Of a DNA stretch of 64,000 nucleotides, positions 10,171 through 19,493 are shown piece by piece; position 1 is the stretch's first letter; each line of letters opens with the position of its first letter. The notes under the pieces are model-generated. The model was not told the DNA's origin. It did not search any database and saw nothing but the letters and a program-made list of their open reading frames with translations. Origin of the DNA: Spirochaetota bacterium. Its GTDB lineage: Bacteria; Spirochaetota; UBA4802; JAFGDQ01. The stretch is taken from NCBI GenBank assembly GCA_043803405.1, contig JAZDKB010000019.1:171840-235839 (forward strand), given 5' to 3'. Both the position numbers and the translations under genes were made by a program.

Positions 10171-11433
10171 ATGATAGATCCAAAACTGATTAGGGAAGAC
10201 ATTGAAGGTATACGCATCCTATTAAAGAACAGGAATATGACGAATGCCGTTGATCTTGATGTTTTGCATAAGACCGAGGAACAGAGAAGAGAGCATGTAT
10301 TAAAGATAGATAAGCTCCGTGAAAAAAGGAATGCCTTGTCAAAAGAGATCGGCAGGCTAAAGGGAGCAGGTAAAGACGATTCGCAGCTGAGGCAGGAAGT
10401 GCAGGCCATTACCGAAGAAATGAAACAACTGGAAGCGGGCATTGAAAGCCTCAACGAAAGGTTCAATGATATGCATTTATCCGTGCCGAACATTCTGGAT
10501 AAGTCCGTTCCTGTCGGCAGGGATGAGAAAGAAAATAAAGTGATACGCGAATGGGGGAAGAAGCCGGTATTCACATTTGCTCCGAAGCCTCATTACGAGA
10601 TCGGCGTAGACATGGGCATACTGGATTTTGAAAGAGGAGTAAAGCTTGCAGGCGCGCGCTTTTACGTATACCGCGGCCTGGCCGCAAAACTTGAAAGAGC
10701 GATCATAAGCTTTATGCTGGATCTGCACACCAGGGAGCACGGATATACTGAAATATTCGGGCCGTTTATCGTGAACGATGAGAGCATGACAGGCACCGGA
10801 CAGTATCCGAAATTCAAGGACGAGTTTTACAGGATAGAACGCGACGGCCTGTCGCTTATACCTACTGCGGAAGTCACTCTTACCAATCTTTACAGGGACG
10901 AAATACTGGACAAGGAGAACATGCCGGTTTACGTAACAATGCAGTCTTCGTGCTTCAGGCGCGAGGCCGGCGCAGCAGGCAAAGACACGCGCGGGCTTAT
11001 ACGCGTGCACCAGTTCCAGAAAGTCGAGCTTGTGAAGTTCGTTGAACCGGAAACCTCGTCCGATGAGCTTGAGAAACTTACTGCGGACGCAGAGGCAGTG
11101 CTGCAAAAGCTGAATCTTCATTACCGCGTTATGCTTCTTTGCAGCGGCGATACATCCGCATCATCTTCAAAAACATATGATATAGAAGTATGGATGCCCG
11201 GGCTCGACAGGTACATGGAGATAAGCTCGTGTTCCAATTTTCTTGATTACCAGGCAAGGCGCGCGAAGATAAGGTACAAAAAAGCGAAAGGCGAAAAACC
11301 TGTGCTTGTGCATACGCTTAACGGGTCAGGACTGGCAGCAGGAAGGACCATGGCAGCAATAATGGAAAATTACCAGACTTCTGATGGAAAAATCGAAATA
11401 CCGGAAGCGTTATCGAAGTATATGAATTTATAG
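10171..11433 (+). CDS. serS: seryl-tRNA synthetase
   Basis: 420 aa with an N-terminal coiled-coil arm and class II aaRS motifs (FRRE..., GSGLAAGRT). SD gaggt precedes the ATG. Confidence 0.95.
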   Translation: MIDPKLIREDIEGIRILLKNRNMTNAVDLDVLHKTEEQRREHVLKIDKLREKRNALSKEIGRLKGAGKDDSQLRQEVQAITEEMKQLEAGIESLNERFNDMHLSVPNILDKSVPVGRDEKENKVIREWGKKPVFTFAPKPHYEIGVDMGILDFERGVKLAGARFYVYRGLAAKLERAIISFMLDLHTREHGYTEIFGPFIVNDESMTGTGQYPKFKDEFYRIERDGLSLIPTAEVTLTNLYRDEILDKENMPVYVTMQSSCFRREAGAAGKDTRGLIRVHQFQKVELVKFVEPETSSDELEKLTADAEAVLQKLNLHYRVMLLCSGDTSASSSKTYDIEVWMPGLDRYMEISSCSNFLDYQARRAKIRYKKAKGEKPVLVHTLNGSGLAAGRTMAAIMENYQTSDGKIEIPEALSKYMNL

Positions 11434-11438
11434 GCCGC

Positions 11439-11747
11439 CTATCGGACGTCTTTTAATTCGCCGGAAATGATAAACAGATTATCCGAGTCTTTTGTTACGC
11501 GTTTTACAGCTAAAACCGCCTGCAGCGGAGGCTGTTCAATTCCACCGGAAACTTTAACTGCAATATCCAGCTCGGAGCCTTCTTTTATATGCTTAGAAGT
11601 TGAAAGTTGAATCCCTGTATGGGAGAGGTTTTTGCAAATAGCTTTAAATTCTTCATTATTCCCGCGTATTTTACAAATTACTTCAGTTTGTATTTCCATA
11701 CGTATAAAATCTCTTTTTTCTTTGTTAATAACTGATGAGCCAGGCAT
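11439..11747 (-). CDS. PilZ domain protein (putative c-di-GMP receptor)
   Basis: RxxxR (KRDFIRME) and NxSxxG (NLSHTG) PilZ motifs are present. The start is moved to the internal ATG at 11747, which is preceded by a ggagaaat SD. The longer ORF extending to 11831 lacks an SD. Confidence 0.6.
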   Translation of the reverse strand: MPGSSVINKEKRDFIRMEIQTEVICKIRGNNEEFKAICKNLSHTGIQLSTSKHIKEGSELDIAVKVSGGIEQPPLQAVLAVKRVTKDSDNLFIISGELKDVR

Positions 11748-12055
11748 AACATTTCTCCGAAAATAATAGTTCAAATAATAATAATATTTACATGCGCCCG
11801 GTAGAATAGAACCAGCAACGCACGGATTCAAAGTTTTAGAAAACGCTTTCCATTAACAATCCATAGTGATCTGTATATATAAGTTCATAAAATCGTCAAT
11901 AAAAATTGCTATAGAATACTTCAGTTAACGCTTTTTTCTAATTGTTTTTGTTATTTCAATACTTAACAAAAATATTTAAAATGAAAATAATAAACATCTA
12001 TATAGACGAATTAACTATCATCAAATAAAAATGTATTCTATAGAACACCGGTAAA

Positions 12056-12535
12056 CTATTCAATGTTCCCTAATTCAGTAATAACCTGCGGATTAAAATA
12101 ACAATGTTTTTGTATCAATCTCTCATTAATTTCATTTTCATTTAAATCCGTTACAAATATCATCCTGCCATTATACTGATTAAAACCTGCAATTTTATAT
12201 TGATCGTAGTCCGGATCCCAAACGGTATTTTTAATTTCAAATTTAACCGGTTCCATAAATTCATAATTTGATATATGATTAAGTATCGGCGTATATTGAG
12301 AATTCGTCCGTTTTTTAAGTAAATGATCATTATTAAAAAATATTATTATGTCATTAGCTTTTGAATACTCATTTAAAAGCATAAACAGGGACTTTCTGTC
12401 TTTAACTTTATGGTCTACAACACAGGATGCATTATTTTTAAGAAAAACAGTAATATCGGAATGATGTTCCTCCGGTAATTTAACGGCTGAAATATGTGAA
12501 AAAGCTAATCCAAGCATAATGTTTTCAAAGTGCAT
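12056..12535 (-). CDS. hypothetical protein
   Basis: 159-aa ORF with no recognisable motif. Confidence 0.4.
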   Translation of the reverse strand: MHFENIMLGLAFSHISAVKLPEEHHSDITVFLKNNASCVVDHKVKDRKSLFMLLNEYSKANDIIIFFNNDHLLKKRTNSQYTPILNHISNYEFMEPVKFEIKNTVWDPDYDQYKIAGFNQYNGRMIFVTDLNENEINERLIQKHCYFNPQVITELGNIE

Positions 12536-12667
12536 TTTTAATTCCTTATTATTATTGTATAAATTACTTTATCAGTAGGCACTGCATAAAAAGTTCCATT
12601 ACGGATGATTCTTTTGATGGCTTTTTGATTCTTACGGAAATCCTGTAATCCTCAGGATTATCGGAGG

Positions 12668-12740
12668 CGCGCCCGGCAGGAGTCGAACCTGCGACGCACG
12701 GATTCGAAGTCCGACGCTCTATCCACTGAGCTACGGGCGC
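12668..12740 (-). tRNA. tRNA-Arg (anticodon UCG)
   Basis: Hand-folded cloverleaf on the minus strand: acceptor GCGCCCG/CGGGCGC, D-stem GCTC/GAGC, anticodon stem-loop with U33 and UCG at 34-36, a 5-nt variable loop, T-arm GCAGG-TTCGACT-CCTGC and discriminator G. CCA is not encoded. Confidence 0.85.
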
Positions 12741-12800
12741 CTAGCTGTCTGAATTTTTTTTGAATGACGCATTATGTCAAGGAGAAAAAAACATCCAATT

Positions 12801-12895
12801 CCCCGTGCGCAGCCTCCCTGTGGGTCTCTCTGCTTCGTAAAGAGGGGGAAAATACTGTTTTCTCCCCTTCTCTTTTTAAAGAGAAGGGGGCGGGG
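12801..12895. repeat. GC-rich hairpin repeat (family 2) copy 1: ccccgtgcgcagcctccctgtggg ... ccccttctcttt-ttaa-agagaaggggg
   Basis: It resembles the reverse complement of 21495-21575 (shared ccccgtgc..ag.c.tccct.tggg and cccttctc-loop-gagaagg modules). It lies immediately beside tRNA-Arg. Confidence 0.3.
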
Positions 12896-12947
12896 GATGA
12901 GTTAAACAAGGTTTCTTTTAGCGAGTGGCATCCCTGGGGGAGTCCGG

Positions 12948-14018
12948 TTATTTAACAGATCTGAATTTATTATCGATTGCTTCCAGGTCCAGCGGGCTGT
13001 CAACATCGTTTTCCCATCTTGACGCGTTCTTTTTTATGTGATAAATAAGTATACCCATGCTGCTTAAATCTATTTTATATAATCCGGATATTATATCAAT
13101 AATAGCGTTCACGAGTTCGGTCTCGACGATACACTTATTTTTTATTTGCCTGATAATTTTTAAATGTCTTGTCTTTAAAAAAAGAAAGAAAATTTTTGAT
13201 ATGTTGCTTGGTGTTAATGCTTTACGCAGATTATAAAAAACATTTATAGCTTCATATTCAATTAAACCGTCCAGGGATGTGTCCATTAAAATAGCAGATG
13301 AATTGCCGATCCTTGACTGGAAATTTTCAAAGCCCATAAAGCTTTTTAGCTTTCCTTTGTTATGCCCGTGTTTAATATATTTTATTCTGTGTTCCAGCCA
13401 GTTATCTTTTAAATCCGCAAAGTCAGCTAAACTAAAAATAAGTGAAACAGGAACCCCTCTGTGATCTTTTGTTCTGCCGAGTATTTTATTAAATTCTTCA
13501 TGAATCCATTCCACATCGCTTGAAGTTATCCTTGGTGTATCCCCGAAAAAAATATCGACCCTCTGCCCGTATTCAATATAGTTTTTGCAGAAATCTTTCA
13601 GGTGGCCGCCTACTGAGCTTTTCATCTGGTTTACTGCAAGATGCGGATACTTTGAAAGATCGATCGCCTGTTTTATGCTTTTTATGTCGTTATAGACATA
13701 TATTTTATCGTATAACCTTTCGGATTTTTTGCTGCCTGCAGAGCCCGATTTTTTTGCATTGTATACCGCGTTTATAACGTATTCAATAATCGGTTTTCCC
13801 GCGATCTTTTTCAGGAATTTATTCTGTCCTATGTATATTACCTCGCCGTCGTATGCTTCCTGCATTTCTTCTATTATCTTTTTTTTCTTTTTTCTGGATT
13901 CAATTTTATTGAAACCTGCGAGAATAAGAGCGACTGGTTTTAAAATGGGTTTGGTTTTTGTCTGTTTTTTTTTCGTTTTTTCGGGAGATTTCTTTTTTGC
14001 CGGCATATTTATTTCCAT
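12948..14018 (-). CDS. hypothetical protein with a K-rich N-terminus; possible nucleotidyltransferase (MobA/IspD/CofC-like) fold
   Basis: 356 aa. A segment (PVALILAGFNKIE...GKPIIEYVINA...DIFFGDTPRITSSDV) loosely resembles the NTP-transferase glycine loop, GKPLI and GDxP motifs. This is a weak assignment. Confidence 0.4.
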   Translation of the reverse strand: MEINMPAKKKSPEKTKKKQTKTKPILKPVALILAGFNKIESRKKKKKIIEEMQEAYDGEVIYIGQNKFLKKIAGKPIIEYVINAVYNAKKSGSAGSKKSERLYDKIYVYNDIKSIKQAIDLSKYPHLAVNQMKSSVGGHLKDFCKNYIEYGQRVDIFFGDTPRITSSDVEWIHEEFNKILGRTKDHRGVPVSLIFSLADFADLKDNWLEHRIKYIKHGHNKGKLKSFMGFENFQSRIGNSSAILMDTSLDGLIEYEAINVFYNLRKALTPSNISKIFFLFLKTRHLKIIRQIKNKCIVETELVNAIIDIISGLYKIDLSSMGILIYHIKKNASRWENDVDSPLDLEAIDNKFRSVK

Positions 14019-14283
14019 AAAGTCAGTTAATTATATAATTACACACGAAAATGGAAAATTTTGTATTGATGATTACAAGACGATAATCTTTAAAAAAAAG
14101 TTGTCTTGTCAAGAGAAGTTCCTTGTATTTTGATATTTAATAATAAATTTTGTCAACTATCAATTTGGTTGACTTATTGAAATAAGAAATAAAGTTTTAT
14201 AAATTACATATAGTGTGTCCCAAAATCTAAAACGATATAAATACAGATGCAGGGGCGCAGTATAAATTTTACAGGAGTTAAAA

Positions 14284-14907
14284 ATGATAATTGAGCAGAT
14301 ATTAGTAACAGGTTATGCAGTATTCTGTTACCTGATCGCGGATGAAAAGACAAAGGAAGGCGTTCTTGTTGACCCTGCCGGTGACATTCAAAAAATCTAT
14401 TCCGTAATTGATAAACATAATGTTAAAATTAAATGGATCATTAATACACACGGCCATTTTGATCATACGGGCGGCAATGATATTATAATGAAAGAAACAG
14501 GGGCCGGTCTTCTGGTGCATGAAGAAGAAGCTAACTCGATAGATTGTATTGACGGAAAAATAAAATCTAAATTTTCAAATACGAAAAGTTTTCCCGAAAC
14601 AGTATCTTTCATAAAAGACGGGGATGTTATTGAAGTCGGTTCCATTAAGCTGAAGGTGCTGCATACTCCGGGACACAGTGCGGGAAGCATTTGCCTGTAT
14701 ACAGATGGAAATATCTTTACAGGAGATACGCTCTTTACGGAAGGCATGGGCAGAACGGACCTGCGCGGAGGCTCCGAAAGGCAGATAATGCATTCAATAC
14801 GCAATATCATACTGGGGCTGCCGGATGACACGGTCATCTGGCCCGGCCATCATTACGGAAGATACCCGAAGTCTACTGTGAGAGAGCAGAAGAAATATTA
14901 CATGTAG
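14284..14907 (+). CDS. MBL-fold metallo-hydrolase (glyoxalase II-like)
   Basis: 207 aa with the HxHxDH motif (THGHFDHTGG), a downstream His and the TPGHSAGS motif. Confidence 0.85.
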   Translation: MIIEQILVTGYAVFCYLIADEKTKEGVLVDPAGDIQKIYSVIDKHNVKIKWIINTHGHFDHTGGNDIIMKETGAGLLVHEEEANSIDCIDGKIKSKFSNTKSFPETVSFIKDGDVIEVGSIKLKVLHTPGHSAGSICLYTDGNIFTGDTLFTEGMGRTDLRGGSERQIMHSIRNIILGLPDDTVIWPGHHYGRYPKSTVREQKKYYM

Positions 14908-15124
14908 CTGAAAGTTATCCTGCTAACTCGTTGATAGATAAATTTATCTTCTGGAAAAAGTGCTAAATACAGCGAATCTTTTGCATACGGAATCAAATAG
15001 AATCTGAAGCAGATTGGCGATTATCATGTCAGGGGAAAATTGATTCTACAGAAGGTCAGAATACTAAAATATATTCGATTTTAGAATAATTTTATCAAAA
15101 TTATTTATATATTCGAATATATAA

Positions 15125-15154
15125 TTGACAAAATTATCGATAATCGTATATAAT
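15125..15154 (+). promoter_or_regulatory. candidate sigma70 promoter for panB (TTGACA-18-TATAAT)
   Basis: A near-consensus -35 at 15125-15130 and an extended -10 tatataat at 15147-15154. It is followed by the hairpin cctccgt-N12-acggagg, whose 3' arm contains the panB SD. Confidence 0.45.
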
Positions 15155-15187
15155 ACCTCCGTATTTAAAAAAACACGGAGGTATTAT

Positions 15188-16009
15188 ATGTATTCAGCTG
15201 ATTTTAAATCAAAAAAATTCAATATCAATGATTTTGAGGCAAGGAAGAAAAACGGCATCCCTGTCACAATGATAACATGCTACGATTATGCCTTTGCCCG
15301 GATTCTGGATAATACGAATATCGATGTGATACTTGTTGGCGATTCGCTGGGAAACGTGTTTGCAGGATACGACACAACAGTGCCGGTTACGATTGATCAG
15401 ATGATTTATCACACTGCTATTGTAAAACGCGGCGCTCCATCGAAGCTTGTAGTAATAGATATGCCTTTCATGAGTTATCATATATCGGTGGAAGATACTC
15501 TTCGAAACGCAGGCAGAATGATAAAGGAAACAGGGGCAGGCGCTGTAAAGCTTGAAGGCGGCAGGGATTTTTACGATGTTATAAAGGCCCTTACGAGAGC
15601 ATCGATTCCGGTAATGGGGCATCTGGGGCTAACGCCGCAGTCGATTCATAAGCTCGGAGGATTTTCGGTTCAGGGGCGCAGCGAAGAGCAGAGAAAAAGG
15701 ATTATTGAAGACGCAATGATTCTCGAAGAAGCTGGGGTGTGTTCTATTGTGCTGGAAAAGGTTCCCGCATCTCTCGGTAAAGAAGTGTCCGAAAGGCTCT
15801 CTATCCCCACAATAGGCATAGGCGCAGGGAAATTCTGCGACGGGCAGGTTCTTGTGCTTAACGACGTCCTTGGGATTGATAAGGACTTTAACCCTAAGTT
15901 TGTAAAAAAATACGCGGATTTATATTCAGCAACAAAGAACGCGCTTGAATCTTATATTTGCGAAGTTAAGGAACGCGCATTCCCGTCAGCCGAGAATTCT
16001 TTTGAATAA
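15188..16009 (+). CDS. panB: 3-methyl-2-oxobutanoate hydroxymethyltransferase (ketopantoate hydroxymethyltransferase)
   Basis: Conserved PanB N-terminus (ITCYDYAFARILD, ILVGDSLGNV) and the full TIM-barrel length. The start is set at the ATG 8 nt after the ggagg SD, rather than at the upstream in-frame ATG at 15125. Confidence 0.9.
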   Translation: MYSADFKSKKFNINDFEARKKNGIPVTMITCYDYAFARILDNTNIDVILVGDSLGNVFAGYDTTVPVTIDQMIYHTAIVKRGAPSKLVVIDMPFMSYHISVEDTLRNAGRMIKETGAGAVKLEGGRDFYDVIKALTRASIPVMGHLGLTPQSIHKLGGFSVQGRSEEQRKRIIEDAMILEEAGVCSIVLEKVPASLGKEVSERLSIPTIGIGAGKFCDGQVLVLNDVLGIDKDFNPKFVKKYADLYSATKNALESYICEVKERAFPSAENSFE

Positions 16010-16054
16010 TAAAAGTAAACAAATTTCATAACAGGTGTTTGGAAGCCGGTAAAC

Positions 16055-16525
16055 ATGTCGAACGATAAAAGAAACTTAGACGATATGGACGCGAAGATAA
16101 TCGCTGTTCTTCAATCGGACGGAAGAATAAGCAATACGGATATTGCGAAGTTGCTCGATGTGTCCGAGGCTACGGTGCGCGGAAGAATTAAGCGCCTCAT
16201 AGATGATGAAATTATACAGATAGTGGCAGTCTCGAACCCCCTTAAACTGGGATTTGAGATTACCGGCGACTTGTATATCACTGTTGACATGAAAAAGATG
16301 GACAAAGTGATCGGCGCTCTTAGGGAATACAAAGAGTTGTGGTACATTGTAGCTACTACAGGCAGGTCGAACCTGAACGCGGAATTTGTCGTTAAGAACC
16401 TCGACGAGCTGAACGATCTTGTGTATAACCGCCTTAGCCACATAGACGGCATTGAGCAGATTGAAACTTCTATCATTATGAAATACGTTAAGCGCAAATA
16501 CGATTTCGGAACTTCTCTGGACTGA
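16055..16525 (+). CDS. Lrp/AsnC family transcriptional regulator
   Basis: 156 aa with an N-terminal HTH (MDAKIIAVLQSDGRISNTDIAKLLDVSEATVRGRIKRL) and a C-terminal RAM domain. Confidence 0.85.
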   Translation: MSNDKRNLDDMDAKIIAVLQSDGRISNTDIAKLLDVSEATVRGRIKRLIDDEIIQIVAVSNPLKLGFEITGDLYITVDMKKMDKVIGALREYKELWYIVATTGRSNLNAEFVVKNLDELNDLVYNRLSHIDGIEQIETSIIMKYVKRKYDFGTSLD

Positions 16526-16593
16526 ACCCGGTCTTTTGTTTTCTGGAGAATTCCTGCATTTATTGTTTTGTGAGGATAATGCGGCACTTGAAA

Positions 16594-16622
16594 ATGATTA
16601 TACGAATCATTCGTATAATCAT
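16594..16622. promoter_or_regulatory. perfect 12-5-12 palindrome atgattatacga-atcat-tcgtataatcat, with a partial direct repeat (gaaaatgattatgc) about 55 bp downstream
   Basis: Read directly from the sequence. It lies about 70 bp after the Lrp-family gene stop, so it is a candidate operator or terminator hairpin. Confidence 0.4.
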
Positions 16623-16959
16623 GCGAGAGTTTCGTCAAACTATGCGCGAGATGAAAATGATTATGCTAATACCTAAAATATACTCATTTGGTGCTTTTTT
16701 AACATAAAATGCACTTTTATCGTATTTATTTTAGCTTTATTGGAGTAAATATATAGAATATATCAGGTTAAATCATAAGTGGAATAGTTTTACATTGACA
16801 GACCCCTTAAATATGCTAATAATTAGCGAAAACTTTCATTTAGATTTTTTAATATCAGGGTATCTTTGCTGTTTAATACTATGTTAGGTTTAAAAATGCT
16901 TGATTTGTGATATAAACTGTAATAAATTGTACAAAATTCAGTAATAAATAAGGTACAAT

Positions 16960-17235
16960 ATGCAAAGATTAAAGCTTGACCAAGATATCCGACCTCTTTC
17001 AGAAGTCAGGACGGAAATTGCCAGCTGTATAAAGCAAGTTCATGATACAAGAAGACCATTGATTATTACTCAACATGGGAAAGGTGTAGCTGTTTTATTA
17101 GATGTTCAGGAATATGAAGTAATACAGGAAAAACTTGAATTGTTATCTGATGTACAAAAATCTTTATCGCAAATCGAAAATGGTAACGGGATAGAACATA
17201 AAAAAGCAAAAGCCATACTTATAAAACGAGTTTAG
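16960..17235 (+). CDS. type II antitoxin, Phd/YefM family
   Basis: 91 aa with the typical Phd/YefM N-terminus (RPLSEVRTEIASCIKQVHDTRRPLIITQHGKGVAVLLDVQEYE). It sits directly upstream of the toxin gene. Confidence 0.8.
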   Translation: MQRLKLDQDIRPLSEVRTEIASCIKQVHDTRRPLIITQHGKGVAVLLDVQEYEVIQEKLELLSDVQKSLSQIENGNGIEHKKAKAILIKRV

Positions 17236-17237
17236 CA

Positions 17238-17534
17238 ATGAAAATTGTATGGTCTCCACTTGCCCTCGAAAGAGCTTCTGAAATAATTGATTATATTGCA
17301 CAAGATAAACCATCCGCAGCAATAAATTGGATAGATATTGTCTTTTCAAAAGTTGAATTACTTGCATTATCTCCAGAGATGGGTAGGGTTGTGCCAGAGA
17401 TAGGGAATATTCAATTTAGAGAAGTGATTTATGGTAATTATCGAATTATTTATCGGTTTTATAAAAAACAAATATTTATTCTTACTATCCGTCATGGAAA
17501 GCAAATATTACCAATTGATGAAATTTCATCATAA
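17238..17534 (+). CDS. type II toxin, ParE/RelE family
   Basis: 98 aa. The start codon is 3 bp after the antitoxin stop. The ParE-like C-terminus (YRIIYRFYKKQIFILTIRHGKQ) is present. Confidence 0.8.
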   Translation: MKIVWSPLALERASEIIDYIAQDKPSAAINWIDIVFSKVELLALSPEMGRVVPEIGNIQFREVIYGNYRIIYRFYKKQIFILTIRHGKQILPIDEISS

Positions 17535-17675
17535 AAATTGTTGCACTCTATTTCAGGTATAGAAAAGCTCAACATTTGTTCAAGTCGTTGCGCCATTAGT
17601 CAGTTAAACTCTATTGCCAGCACTCGCAAAAACCGCTGAGCCAACTGTTAAAGTTCTTTTTCGGGAGTTAAGTAA

Positions 17676-18755
17676 GTGATAGTTGTATTGTTTATTCTGG
17701 GTGTAGTTTTGTTGCTGGTGGGCGGCGAATTATTAGTGCGTGGGGCGTCACGCCTTGCAGTCGCATTAGGTATCTCACCTCTGATTGTCGGGCTTACCAT
17801 TGTAGCTTTTTGTACCAGTGCCCCTGAATTATCTGTTACCCTTCAAGCGGCCTATGCCGGTACAGCTGATATTGCGCTGGGGAATGTCATTGGAAGCAAT
17901 ATTGCAAATATTCTATTAATTCTCGGTATAAGTGCAGCTATTATACCGCTGATCGTTTCACAAAAATTATTACGAGTAGATGTGCCCTTGATGATTGGCA
18001 TAACTGTTCTCCTGTATGTGTTAGGCCTGGATGGGAAAATCAGCCGTTCTGAAGGTTTCTTGCTTTTTGGGGGCATTGTTGCTTACGTTGCATATGCGAT
18101 CTGGCAAAGCCGTCATCCGGAGCCGGGTGTACAGAAAGAATATGCACAGGAATATGGGGAGGAGCCTGCGAAAGCGAAGCGTCAATGGGGTCTCAACCTT
18201 TTATTTATTGGAATTGGCGTATTGATGTTGGTATTTGGTGCGACATGGCTGGTAGAAGGGGCTGTTGCCTTCGCCAAGGCATTGGGATTAAGTGAGTTGA
18301 TCATTGGATTAACTGTCGTAGCTATTGGGACATCTTTGCCTGAAATTACAACTTCGATTATAGCAAGTAGACACGGGGAGAATGATATAGCAGTCGGCAA
18401 TGTTATAGGAAGCAATATCTTCAACATTTTGTCGGTCTTGGGAATAACGGCTATAATAGCGCCTGATGGAGTTCCCGTAGCCCGATCAGCATTACACTTT
18501 GATATACCAATCTTGATAATTGCCTCTATTGCATGCTTACCGATATTCTTCACCGGGCATCAAATTTACCGATGGGAAGGTCTCCTTTTTGTGGGATATT
18601 ACATTATTTACGTCACCCATTTAGTTCTTAATGCGACGGCCCACGAGGCGCTTTTATTATTCGATAATATGATATTATGGTTTATTATACCATTGACGAT
18701 TATAACGTTAATAATATATTTCTGGAGAAGCTGGCACATTCCTGCAAAACGATGA
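17676..18755 (+). CDS. Ca2+/Na+ antiporter, CaCA family (YrbG-like)
   Basis: 359 aa with two internal repeats each carrying the alpha-repeat signature (GNVIGSNIANILLILG / GNVIGSNIFNILSVLG). GTG start after a gggag SD. GC content is visibly higher than in the neighbouring genes. Confidence 0.85.
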   Translation: MIVVLFILGVVLLLVGGELLVRGASRLAVALGISPLIVGLTIVAFCTSAPELSVTLQAAYAGTADIALGNVIGSNIANILLILGISAAIIPLIVSQKLLRVDVPLMIGITVLLYVLGLDGKISRSEGFLLFGGIVAYVAYAIWQSRHPEPGVQKEYAQEYGEEPAKAKRQWGLNLLFIGIGVLMLVFGATWLVEGAVAFAKALGLSELIIGLTVVAIGTSLPEITTSIIASRHGENDIAVGNVIGSNIFNILSVLGITAIIAPDGVPVARSALHFDIPILIIASIACLPIFFTGHQIYRWEGLLFVGYYIIYVTHLVLNATAHEALLLFDNMILWFIIPLTIITLIIYFWRSWHIPAKR

Positions 18756-18863
18756 GCAGTTCTTCATAGTAATGAGCCGCCTGAAGCCGGCTTGCCCCGG
18801 GGAATTTTATTTTCAATGTCGGCAGCGCAGTTTACTCTGCTGAATTTCAGGTTGAAAATATTG

Positions 18864-18891
18864 TTGACGATTTATTTAAGTATGATATATT
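18864..18891 (+). promoter_or_regulatory. candidate promoter for mazEF-like pair (TTGACG-16-TATATT)
   Basis: Hexamers read about 25 bp upstream of the antitoxin start. Confidence 0.3.
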
Positions 18892-18912
18892 GTCATACTA
18901 TAGGTAACTAAA

Positions 18913-19155
18913 ATGGCAGCTTCAAAAATAGCAATAACAATTGATAATAATATTTTAAAGCGCCTGGATCTCCTCGTTAAATCAAAGTTATACCCGAATC
19001 GAAGCAAAGCAATTCAGGATGCAGTTGCTGAAAAAGTTAAAAAACTTGAAAAGAACCGTCTCGCTTTGGAATGTGAGAAACTTGATCCTGAATTTGAGCA
19101 ATCAGTCGCAGAAGAAGGATTTTCGGCGGATATCGAAGAATGGCCAAAATATTAA
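18913..19155 (+). CDS. type II antitoxin, MazE/RHH-like (CopG-type ribbon-helix-helix)
   Basis: 80 aa. The N-terminal KIAITIDNNILKRLDLLV is typical of an RHH beta-strand/helix. It overlaps the downstream toxin gene by 16 bp. Confidence 0.7.
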   Translation: MAASKIAITIDNNILKRLDLLVKSKLYPNRSKAIQDAVAEKVKKLEKNRLALECEKLDPEFEQSVAEEGFSADIEEWPKY

Positions 19156-19475
19156 GAGGTGAAATATACTGGGCTGATTTAAATCCGGTAATCGGACATG
19201 AACAAGGTGGATTGCGTCCGGTTTTGATAATAAGTCAGGATGTTTTCAATGAAAAATCGGGTACAGTCATAGTTATTGCTTTAACCAGCCAGCCTCAAAA
19301 AGCCGGTTATCCATTAACATATCAACTAAACAATTTAAAACTGCCGAAGACTTCCTGGGTAAAAATAAGTCAAATCCGAACGCTTTCAATTCAAAGAATA
19401 GGGAAAAAAATCTCTAAAGTATCAGATAACGAGTTAAATCAAATTATTGATGGTTTGAACGAAATAATTAGTTAA
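19140..19475 (+). CDS. type II toxin, MazF/PemK family endoribonuclease
   Basis: 111 aa with the N-terminus GEIYWADLNPVIGHEQGGLRPVLIISQDVFN, characteristic of the PemK/MazF fold. Confidence 0.85.
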   Translation: MAKILRGEIYWADLNPVIGHEQGGLRPVLIISQDVFNEKSGTVIVIALTSQPQKAGYPLTYQLNNLKLPKTSWVKISQIRTLSIQRIGKKISKVSDNELNQIIDGLNEIIS

Positions 19476-19493
19476 TAATTCAGCGAGGCAAAT

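Noticed and set aside
10477-11121. 214-aa minus-strand ORF inside serS
   Set aside because: It overlaps the well-supported serS gene and has no SD or domain signal.
11748-11831. N-terminal extension of the PilZ ORF (MNPCVAGS...YYYYLNYYFRRNV)
   Set aside because: It has no SD and odd composition. The internal ATG at 11747 has a ggagaaat SD and starts right before the PilZ fold.
12764-12955. 63-aa plus-strand ORF between tRNA-Arg and the K-rich protein gene
   Set aside because: It is composed of the GC-rich hairpin repeat sequence, has no SD, and is likely non-coding.
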